Shown in pieces: positions 34,989 through 42,922 of a stretch of 64,000 nt of DNA. Under the pieces are notes generated by a model. It was given only the letters and a program-made list of their open reading frames with translations. It was not told the DNA's origin and ran no database searches. Source of the DNA: Alphaproteobacteria bacterium. Its GTDB lineage: Bacteria > Pseudomonadota > Alphaproteobacteria > Sphingomonadales > Sphingomonadaceae. The stretch is taken from positions 2,141 to 66,140 of the forward strand of contig JAGWWF010000009.1 in NCBI GenBank assembly GCA_018970445.1, written 5' to 3'. Both the position numbers and the translations under genes were made by a program. The number at the start of each line of letters is the position of its first letter. Position 1 is the first letter of the stretch.

Positions 34989-37088
34989 ATGGCAATGTCG
35001 CCTGCCTTGGAACAATGGAAAGCCCGCTTGCGGGCGGACGGCACGGCCGCCCTTCGCGCCATCCTGAACGGCACCGCATCACTGGGGCAGATGTCGGCCG
35101 CAGAACCGGAAGACGCCATCGATGCAATTCTTGCTTCAGAAGAGCAGGGTTCTGATCTGGTTGACCATTTTGACCAAGCCTGTTCCGATTTGCTGGAAGA
35201 ATATCGCTCAACGCTGCTGGAACAAAAGGATCGGGCTTTTCGGATTGAATTGAGCCGGTTCACAAGCTTCATCGCGATGATTCGGCGCATATTGCCGAAG
35301 CAGACGATCATCAGACTGCATCGAGAATATATCATCTGGAACGGTTTCTTCGAAAATTTCGTCGTCGATCGCGGCCTTGATCTGCGTCGCGAATATTTTC
35401 GAATTCTTGCCCTCAGCCAGGACCTGGCGGCCGAGGGTGGCTTGCAGGCGCGGCGGTTGATGCCGTTGTGGCTGTCGATCTGCGCGGAAAGCGGCGAATT
35501 TGGCCGCTATGATCCCAGCTATCTGCGGGTGGCCCTCATGGGCCTGCGACGGCTCCCGCTGGGTGATGCGTTCGATGCCAACGAGGATTTTGCCCTGCAA
35601 GGGCTTGCCCGCTGGGCGGTGACGCAACGGCCCCTCGAACCCGCCTTTGAACGCGAATGGCGCATTCTTGAAGGCGATTTTCCGAGATCATATGACTTCT
35701 GGCAGGATCGCGTTCAGGCCGCGATCGTGGCGGCTGAAACCGAATTGTCGGAACGCACCCACCAAGCGGAGACAAGCTTTCCGATCGCAGACTGGTGGCG
35801 AAAGGATGTGGACATCGATCCCAGAGACAGATCGTCGCGTGGTGGCGCCGCTAAAGAACCTCCACCGCGCGAAGAGCGCGAAGCGATCCTGAGGGATATC
35901 GGCAACGCTTTGGAAAGCCTGCGCCCCAGGATCAACACTCTGATGACCAAGCACAGGCACTATGCCGACAAGACCGGAGACGTGTTTTACCTGGTGCGGA
36001 CAGCCTGCAATATCGGCATGAACTTGCTTCGCAAGGGATTGCCATCTGAAAAGGCAAGCAGAGGCATTGATGCAGCATCGCTGGCAAAACTTGCCCTGGA
36101 TTATTTTGCAGAACATATTGCGGCATGGTCGCTGTTGCGTGATGCGCTGGCAGCATCTGGTCGCATTGCGGACGCGGAACTTGTTGGCTGGGAAGCCATC
36201 CGGCGCTTTCCGGAGGATGTGCAGTTTCGGACCCAGCTCGCAACAGTGCTGGTGACATATGCCGGCAAAACAGAGGAAGCCGCTGCACTTTTGGGTGAAA
36301 CAACGGCACTATTCCCCCTTGATCCGTTTGCGCGCACCCAACTCGCAACGTTGCTGGCAACGAGGATGGGCAAAGCCGAAAAGGCCATGGCGCTGCTGTT
36401 GGACACGAAGGCCCTGTTTCCCACGGACGCTTATGTGCGAACGCAACTTGCGACCGTGCTTGCCGATGATCTGCGCCGCACTGCAGATGCACGCGCCGTG
36501 CTTGAAGGCGCGATTGCGGATGGCCTGGACGATAACACAATCCAATCCTTGCTGCACAAGCTTGACCAAGGCCGCACGCTTCGCCGCAAAGCGTCGCCAC
36601 GGGCGGCGATCCCAGACACGAGCCACCTGAACCTGGCAACAGCCATTGCCCGTCGCCAGCTTTTTCTGTTTGAAGCTAGGATTTCATCCACGGCTGAATT
36701 GCACGCGGTGCTGAATCAACTGCCAAAAGACAGCTACACGACCTATGTCTCCCAACGGGCCGGGCTGTCTGACATGCCGTTCAAGACCAATTTTGCCCTT
36801 GCCTTTGATGCCGCGTTGCAGTTGGCCGAGCCGTCAGCATTGCGGGCGCTGGTGGCGTCGGTGCGGCCGATGGAACGGGCAATAGTCGAAAAGGCAGTTG
36901 CCTTGAGCGAAGGCAGGGTCGTGCTGTTCAGGGATGTCTTTGCGGAAGGGGCGCGCAATGAGCGCGCCCAGCGCCTGGAAGAGACGCTGGCGCAGTCGGG
37001 CGGACGTGAAGATCGCCAAACTGTGCTGCTGCGGGATTTCGTGGCATCGACGCTGGTGACCAGCCTTGCCTCCTTGCAGGCCGCCTGA
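34989..37088 (+). CDS. Hypothetical protein B of the low-GC cassette (699 aa, helical, three TPR-like repeats)
   Basis: The ATG lies 2 nt after the stop of gene A. The long frame is uninterrupted in a region where other frames are closed. Three tandem 34/35-aa repeats each contain RTQLAT. Confidence 0.65.
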   Translation: MAMSPALEQWKARLRADGTAALRAILNGTASLGQMSAAEPEDAIDAILASEEQGSDLVDHFDQACSDLLEEYRSTLLEQKDRAFRIELSRFTSFIAMIRRILPKQTIIRLHREYIIWNGFFENFVVDRGLDLRREYFRILALSQDLAAEGGLQARRLMPLWLSICAESGEFGRYDPSYLRVALMGLRRLPLGDAFDANEDFALQGLARWAVTQRPLEPAFEREWRILEGDFPRSYDFWQDRVQAAIVAAETELSERTHQAETSFPIADWWRKDVDIDPRDRSSRGGAAKEPPPREEREAILRDIGNALESLRPRINTLMTKHRHYADKTGDVFYLVRTACNIGMNLLRKGLPSEKASRGIDAASLAKLALDYFAEHIAAWSLLRDALAASGRIADAELVGWEAIRRFPEDVQFRTQLATVLVTYAGKTEEAAALLGETTALFPLDPFARTQLATLLATRMGKAEKAMALLLDTKALFPTDAYVRTQLATVLADDLRRTADARAVLEGAIADGLDDNTIQSLLHKLDQGRTLRRKASPRAAIPDTSHLNLATAIARRQLFLFEARISSTAELHAVLNQLPKDSYTTYVSQRAGLSDMPFKTNFALAFDAALQLAEPSALRALVASVRPMERAIVEKAVALSEGRVVLFRDVFAEGARNERAQRLEETLAQSGGREDRQTVLLRDFVASTLVTSLASLQAA
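36225..36530 (+). repeat. Three tandem 102-105-nt units encoding TPR-like repeats inside gene B
   Basis: The units are FRTQLATVLVTYAGKTEEAAALLGETTALFPLDP, FARTQLATLLATRMGKAEKAMALLLDTKALFPTDA and YVRTQLATVLADDLRRTADARAVLEGAIADGLDD. Confidence 0.75.
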
Positions 37089-37107
37089 AACAGCCGCGCC
37101 CTCCCCC

Positions 37108-37518
37108 CTACAACAACCCCAGCGCCAGCAAATCCCGCGCCAGGGCGGCGGGCAGCGCCGTGGCGGCATCGGCACCTTCCGCCAGATCGGCGGGTGCATC
37201 GGCGGCGGCGAGGTAGCGCCAGCCCTGGTGGGCGCGGTGGGGTTTGGGCTGCACCGGCACCGGGCCGGGGGCCAGGGTGATGGCGCATTTGCGGCCCCAG
37301 GGCGTGTCGGCCATGTCAATTGCCAGGATGGTCTGGCGCGCCACCAGCTTGTGGCCGATGATCCAGAAGATCGATCCGCCGATCAGTTCATCGGCCCGCC
37401 GCGGCATCAGCCGGGTGTGGGCGCCGGCACGGCCTTCGCCCCACCAATGTGCCTGCCGGGCCGCCAACGTGTCGATATCCGGGCAGCCGGCGGCCACTTT
37501 CGTCAAGTGCAGGGTCAT
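37108..37518 (-). CDS. DUF1489 family protein
   Basis: 136 aa, MTLHLTKVAAGCPDIDTLAARQ...GGSIFWIIGHKLVARQTILAI, matching my memory of DUF1489. It overlaps the mgtE stop by 4 nt. Confidence 0.75.
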   Translation of the reverse strand: MTLHLTKVAAGCPDIDTLAARQAHWWGEGRAGAHTRLMPRRADELIGGSIFWIIGHKLVARQTILAIDMADTPWGRKCAITLAPGPVPVQPKPHRAHQGWRYLAAADAPADLAEGADAATALPAALARDLLALGLL

Positions 37519-38924
37519 TGCAGATTGGCAACGCCCACCATTGCGGCCAGGCCCAGAAAGCCCAGGAAGCCCATGGTATCGGTGGTCATGGTGACAAAGA
37601 TGGAGCTGGCCACCGCCGGATCGGTGCGCATCCGGGTGAGTGCCAGCGGCACCAGCACCCCGGCCAGCCCGGCGATCATGATGTTGAACAGCGCGGCCGC
37701 GGCAATCACCGCGCCCAGATTGGCGCTGTTGAACAAGATGCCCACGCCCAGCCCCAGCAGGGCCGCGATGGTGAGGCCGTTCAGCATGGCCACGCGCACT
37801 TCGCGCCAGATGGTGCGGCGCGTGTTGCTTTCGGTCAGCTGCTTGGTGGCGATGGCGCGCACCGCCACCGCCATCGTCTGCGTGCCGGCATTGCCGCCGA
37901 TGCTGGCCACGATGGGGGTGAGCGCAGCCAGCGTGACCAGTTTTTCGATCGTGGGTTCAAACAGCGCGATCACGCTGGAGGAGATCATCGCCGTGCCCAG
38001 ATTGGCCGCCAGCCAGCGCACCCGCGCCTTGTAGCTTTCCACCACCGGTTCGTTGATGTCGCCATCGCCGGCGCCCGACAGTTTCAGCGCATCCTCACCG
38101 GCTTCGGCCTGGATGATGTGCACCACATCGTCCACGGTGATCACGCCCACCAGCTTGCCCCAGGCATCCACCACGGCGGCCGAAATCAGCGCATATTTCT
38201 GGAATTGCAGCGCCACTTCCTCCTGGTCCATCGTCACCGGAATCAGCGTCTGCTCGCGCTTCATCACATCGGCCACCATCAGATCGGGCGGCGCGGTGAG
38301 CAGCCAGCTCAGCCGCATGGTGCCCACCGGGCGGCCGGCGGCATCGATCACGAAGATTTCCCAGAAATCGGTGGCCGGATCGATGCTGGCGCGGATGCGA
38401 TCGATCACGGCGCCCACGCTGATATCCTCGGCCACCGCCACCAGCTCGCGCTGCATCAGGCGGCCGGCGGATTCTTCCGGGTAATTCAGCGCGGCTTCGA
38501 TATCGGCGCGGTCTTCGGGGGCCAGGGCGCGCAGCACGGCGCGCTGGTCATCGGCCTCCAGATCCTCGATGACGGCCACGGCATCATCGGTGTCCAGCTG
38601 GGTGACAACCTCGGCCACCTCGCCGGGGGACAGCGCCTCCAGCACATCCTCGCGGACATAATCATCCAGCTCGGCAATCACCTCGGCGTTCAGCAGATCG
38701 CCCAGCGCATCGGCCAGCGGCGCGCGCGCATCCACGGCAAAGGCGGCAAACAGATCGGCCACATCGGCCGGGTGCAGCGGGCTGACCAGCGCGCGCACCG
38801 CATCATCGTCGCCGCTGTCCAGCACGGCGGCAACCTCGGCCACGAAGGCCCGGCTCAGCCGGCCTGCCTCCAGCGCGTCCGGGGCGTCATCCCCCCGGGG
38901 ATCAAGGCGCAGATCCTCACTCAT
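37515..38924 (-). CDS. mgtE: Magnesium transporter
   Basis: 469 aa with an acidic N-domain, a tandem CBS region and a C-terminal 5-TM domain carrying GNAGTQTMAV and DTMGFLGFLGLA motifs. Confidence 0.9.
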   Translation of the reverse strand: MSEDLRLDPRGDDAPDALEAGRLSRAFVAEVAAVLDSGDDDAVRALVSPLHPADVADLFAAFAVDARAPLADALGDLLNAEVIAELDDYVREDVLEALSPGEVAEVVTQLDTDDAVAVIEDLEADDQRAVLRALAPEDRADIEAALNYPEESAGRLMQRELVAVAEDISVGAVIDRIRASIDPATDFWEIFVIDAAGRPVGTMRLSWLLTAPPDLMVADVMKREQTLIPVTMDQEEVALQFQKYALISAAVVDAWGKLVGVITVDDVVHIIQAEAGEDALKLSGAGDGDINEPVVESYKARVRWLAANLGTAMISSSVIALFEPTIEKLVTLAALTPIVASIGGNAGTQTMAVAVRAIATKQLTESNTRRTIWREVRVAMLNGLTIAALLGLGVGILFNSANLGAVIAAAALFNIMIAGLAGVLVPLALTRMRTDPAVASSIFVTMTTDTMGFLGFLGLAAMVGVANLQ

Positions 38925-38950
38925 TGCCGGGCGTTATACGCCCCGCAGCG

Positions 38951-39496
38951 TCAAGCGCCAGTGCGGCGCTGTGCCCGCCACGCCCGCACCGCCCGGCCCA
39001 TGTGGGCGCGGCGCAAACCACGCCCGGCCATGATGCGTTTCAGATCGATGGCGCTGTCGAAATTCTGCAGCTGCCAGTGATAATAATTCACATATTCCAG
39101 CCAGGCCAGCAGCGTGAGGGCCGCCGCCGCGATGCTGCGCGGCGGCCAGCCAGCGGAGGCGATGGCGTGGCCGCTGGCCAGTGTGGCAGCGGCCAGCAGC
39201 AGCAGGGACGGGATTTCCGCCCGGGCGCAAAAGGCGACCAGCCGCGTCGCCAGTGCCGCCTGCCCATCCAGCCGGGCCAGCGCCAGCCGCCACGCCGCGG
39301 TGCCCACGATCAACAGGAAGGAACAGGCCGCAGCGCCCAGCACCGCGGCCAGATCGGGCCAATCGCCGGCATACCAGACCAGCGCGCCGGCAAACAGCGG
39401 CAGCGCCAGCACATTGCCGGCCTCCATCTTCCAGTAACTGGCCAGATGCTGGCGCAGGGCGGCCGGATCGCGGCCGGCAAAGCGGGGAGTGGTCAT
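38951..39496 (-). CDS. Hypothetical membrane protein (about 4 TM)
   Basis: Start chosen at MTTPRFAGRDPAALRQH. Hydrophobic segments and a basic C-terminal tail. The track ORF (to 39922) carries an implausible Pro/Ala/Cys-rich extension. Confidence 0.5.
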   Translation of the reverse strand: MTTPRFAGRDPAALRQHLASYWKMEAGNVLALPLFAGALVWYAGDWPDLAAVLGAAACSFLLIVGTAAWRLALARLDGQAALATRLVAFCARAEIPSLLLLAAATLASGHAIASAGWPPRSIAAAALTLLAWLEYVNYYHWQLQNFDSAIDLKRIMAGRGLRRAHMGRAVRAWRAQRRTGA

Positions 39497-39566
39497 GGCC
39501 GGGCCATAGCAAATTCGTGGCCGCCGGGCACGGTGGAAAATTTCCACCCGCCGGCTATGGTGCATC

Positions 39567-40424
39567 ATGGCCCGGTGGCATTTTCCCAGTTCGGCACCGC
39601 TGTATGTGGCGGCTGGCCTGTGCGTGCTGGCGATCATCACCGCCTGGCCCGAACCGCTGGCCGGCGGCTGGCAATGGGCCACGGCGGTTGCGGCCATGCT
39701 GGGCGGCGCGGCATCGCTGCCGTTCTGGCAGGCCGCCGGGCAGGCGCAGCGCCGGCAGGGCAAGCACCCGGCCGGCGGGGCGGCCACCGCCGCGCTGGCC
39801 GGCATGCTGGTGGCCGGCACGCTGCTGCACCTGGCCAATGCCACCATGCCGGGCAGCCCGGCGCGCGAAGCCGTGCTGATGGTGACCGACAAATATGTGA
39901 CGCGAGGTCGGCGCGGACGCACCAGCCATCATGTTCGCACCACGCCGGTGCCGGGCATGGCGGCGCAAAGCGGCCGCCACAGCGTGGGCGGCCTGTTCGG
40001 CAACAGCGGCGGTTACGATGATTATCGCATCGGCGGCTGCATGGCGCTGCGCTGGCGGCCGGGCTGGTGGTGGCCGGTGGTGGCGCGGCGCCAGGCAGTG
40101 CCCTGCCCGGTGGCGGCGCTGGCAATGGCGCGGCCGGGGCAGGCCTGGCCACTGGTGCAGCAGCGGCTGGCCGACGGGCTGGCAGGGCTGGCGCTGCCTC
40201 CGGCCGGGCGGCGCGTCGAGCTGGTGGCCACAACCGACGCCAATGGCATGATCATTGCCATCCGCTGGCTGAATGGGGCCACCGAACCACCGGATGCGGT
40301 CACGCGGCTGATCACCATGGCCACCATGCGCGTGCCATTTGCCCTCGCCGGCCCGGCGGGCCACTATCGGCTGTGGCTGAAACTGCTGCCGGCGCAGCCG
40401 CCGGCCGAAACGGGGAGGATCTGA
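39567..40424 (+). CDS. Hypothetical protein with N-terminal TM segments
   Basis: 285-aa ORF whose third-position GC bias fits the host. No family recognised. The antisense alternative (39555..40814) has shadow-ORF composition. Confidence 0.4.
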   Translation: MARWHFPSSAPLYVAAGLCVLAIITAWPEPLAGGWQWATAVAAMLGGAASLPFWQAAGQAQRRQGKHPAGGAATAALAGMLVAGTLLHLANATMPGSPAREAVLMVTDKYVTRGRRGRTSHHVRTTPVPGMAAQSGRHSVGGLFGNSGGYDDYRIGGCMALRWRPGWWWPVVARRQAVPCPVAALAMARPGQAWPLVQQRLADGLAGLALPPAGRRVELVATTDANGMIIAIRWLNGATEPPDAVTRLITMATMRVPFALAGPAGHYRLWLKLLPAQPPAETGRI

Positions 40425-40427
40425 ACC

Positions 40428-40793
40428 ATGCTGGTCTGGTTGCCGATTGCCATCTATGGCACCACGGTGGCGCTGGGGCTGGTGCTGGGCTGGTATTTCC
40501 TGTCGGAAAAGCGCCCGCATCAGGGCTTGCAGCTGCTGCACCTGCTCACCGGTTTTGGCGGGCTGGAGGTGGTGATGCTGGTCACCTCCCGCTATCGTGC
40601 CAATCAGGAATTGCAGGATATCGCCTTCATCGCCTTGATCCTGCTGGGCTTTGCCGCCTTCACCGGGCTGGTGGCCGCGATCCTGGCCAAACCGCGCACC
40701 GCGGCGCTGGGGCCGATGCTGGCCGCCCACGCCTTCATCGGCGGCAGCGCCTTTCTGGTGCTGGCCAACTGGGCGGTGAATGCAGCGGGTTAG
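40428..40793 (+). CDS. Hypothetical small membrane protein (4 TM)
   Basis: 121 aa and strongly hydrophobic (MLVWLPIAIYGTTVALGLVLGWYFL). It starts 3 nt after the previous stop. Confidence 0.5.
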   Translation: MLVWLPIAIYGTTVALGLVLGWYFLSEKRPHQGLQLLHLLTGFGGLEVVMLVTSRYRANQELQDIAFIALILLGFAAFTGLVAAILAKPRTAALGPMLAAHAFIGGSAFLVLANWAVNAAG

Positions 40794-41803
40794 CGCAGCA
40801 GCATGATGTCCCACACCGGGCCGAGGGCGGGGCTGCCATCGGCGGCAAGCGGCGTGACCACATCGACAATCATCGCCGAATGCAGCGGCAGAGGCACCAG
40901 ATTGAGCGGGGTGGTGGGATTGGCTGGCGCAGCGGTGACAAACTGGCGGCTGCCCGCAAAGGGCGGCACACCGGCATCGACATTGACTGGAGGCCCAAAG
41001 GCACCCAGCCCCATGCGGTTCCAGTTGAACTGAATCAGCGCCAGAGGCACCAACTCATCGGCTGCATGAGCGAGGCCGAAGATCTGGCTGATCGGCGTGA
41101 GATTGGGCAGCGCCGGCCAGACAGCGTTCACCGCGTCGCTGAAGCCGCCGAACATGGCAATGCGATCAAGCGTATAGAGTTTGCCCATCAGGGCGGCGTG
41201 GCCGGCACCCTGGCTGTGCCCAGCCACGCGCAGGCGCGACCATGACGGCCCACCGGCGTGGCGATACTGGCCCCAGCCTTCATCGGGATACCGGTTGTGC
41301 AGAAAGGCCAGCAGCGCATCGAGACGGCCAGCAATGGCATTGAGAGGCGTGATGCTGACCAGTGGAGAGCGGTCCTCGCCAGTGATGATTTCGGTGCGCA
41401 CATCGCCTGGGCAGGCTGGTGTCGCGGCTGGCCCGCACAGATCACCGATGGTGACAGGGTTGGGATAAGCCAGGCCAATGGCGTGAACACCATTCGCCGC
41501 CGCCCGCTGCAGGATCAGGCGATAGGCGCGCGGATTGGCGCCGGTACCGGGCAGCATCACAAGCAGTCGGCCCTGCGCTGCCACGCCCGCCACCGGATTG
41601 ACGGCGATGTGCGGGGCGGGCGTGGCGGTGATGGCCGCATTGGTGGCATCGGGCGCGATCTCGCGCAGGTTGCTCGCCGGCGATGTGGGCGTTGGGGTGG
41701 ATGCAGGCGTTGGCGCGGGTGCTGGTTCCGGCACCGCCGAACCGCTGCAGCCGGCCACGCCAAAAACCAGTGAAATCATAGCGATGAGTGGCAGTCGGCG
41801 CAT
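40790..41803 (-). CDS. Lipoprotein, alpha/beta-hydrolase-like
   Basis: Start chosen at MRRLPLIAMISLVFGVAGC (lipobox VAGC), then a Pro/Thr/Ala linker and a nucleophile elbow GHSQGAG. GC looks slightly lower than in neighbouring genes. Confidence 0.6.
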   Translation of the reverse strand: MRRLPLIAMISLVFGVAGCSGSAVPEPAPAPTPASTPTPTSPASNLREIAPDATNAAITATPAPHIAVNPVAGVAAQGRLLVMLPGTGANPRAYRLILQRAAANGVHAIGLAYPNPVTIGDLCGPAATPACPGDVRTEIITGEDRSPLVSITPLNAIAGRLDALLAFLHNRYPDEGWGQYRHAGGPSWSRLRVAGHSQGAGHAALMGKLYTLDRIAMFGGFSDAVNAVWPALPNLTPISQIFGLAHAADELVPLALIQFNWNRMGLGAFGPPVNVDAGVPPFAGSRQFVTAAPANPTTPLNLVPLPLHSAMIVDVVTPLAADGSPALGPVWDIMLLR

Positions 41804-41826
41804 CCAGGAATGACGGGCAGCGCGCG

Positions 41827-42172
41827 TCAATCCCCTGCCGCAGTGCGTGCGCTGATCGCGACGATCCCCACCTCTTGCCCGGCCATCACGGTGCGCGCCA
41901 GCGGGGCGACACGGCCAACGCCTTCCTGGAGCCGGATCGGCTGCATCACCGCCAACGATGGCAAAGGACTGGCAGCGGCCATCGGCGGATTCGAACGTGA
42001 CGCGATGGCGCAAGGCGATGCGGCCATGGCCGGCGCTCAGTTCGAACAGCGCCGCCCCGATCCGCGACATACCGGCGTGGGTGGCGGGATTTGGATCTGC
42101 AGAGGTCGGCCGGTCGGGCAGATCGGCAGCAACGGCTTCGGCGTCGGCTTCCTTGGCAACGGAAACACTCAT
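41827..42172 (-). pseudogene. GreA/GreB-family (Rnk-like) transcription factor remnant, frameshifted and apparently missing its coiled-coil segment
   Basis: One frame reads MSVSVAKEADAEAVAADLPDRPTSADPNP...RHRVTFESADGRCQSFAIVGGDAADP. The expected C-terminus GRVAPLARTVMAGQEVGIVAI lies in a different frame (track ORF 41827..42027). The span length is not a multiple of 3. Confidence 0.5.
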
Positions 42173-42922
42173 GGGCTGTTTCATAGCAATCTGCCGTCGC
42201 CAGTGGAATAGAGGAAATTTTCTCTTTCAGAGGCTTGAGCGTGAGCGCGCTCCCCCCGGATGCGCACTTGCGCGTCGGACTGCACACTTGCCTGGCTGGA
42301 TCAATAGCGGGCTTGAGCCTCTTCATCAGAGAACAGGACAAGACAATCAGACAGAAATGGTCGGTCAGTTCGGCAGTTGTGGCGTTATGCGTCGGTTCGT
42401 GCACGCAGCGATCGTCAGCCAGGCAGGTGGGCCAGAACAAGAGCCAGTTTCGGAATCGCGGCCCTCTTGGCCAGGGCTGGCTGCAAGCGAAGTGCGAGAG
42501 CAAGGCCAGCGTTGTCGATATCAACCCAGAAAAGCCAGCCGCAACCGGCCGAAGTGATCACCGCAATGGCCGAACCGTTCGCTTCCAAGTTGACACGGCG
42601 CGCATTCACGCGCTGCGGCTTGACACCAGCAACATTTTTGGCCCCGCTGGGCCGATCTGGGCTTGGGCCCGGAATTTCTGGGTGTGAAACGCCGAGCGAC
42701 AACATCTGCATTTGGCGGCTGGGCATGACCCCTGACAATCTTGGCAACGCCGGTGAAACCATGTCGGCCACGCTCGCCAAGAACCCCGGCGTAACGATGC
42801 AAGGAATGACGATCGGTAACGACACTGCAGCTGCACTGGAGCTCAGGAGCCTGAAGGCCATGCTGAAGGCTGTGGCAGAAGATGTCTTGCGCGATGATCT
42901 TGACTGCCAGCTGGAGTGATGT

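Noticed and set aside
40790-42184. Single 464-aa ORF
   Set aside because: It is a read-through artefact joining the frameshifted GreA-family remnant to the lipoprotein gene. The linking segment (PAPGRRWPCRPAGAHRDGRARGGDRRDQRTHCGRG) is compositionally non-protein-like, and a proper lipoprotein signal peptide begins at 41803.
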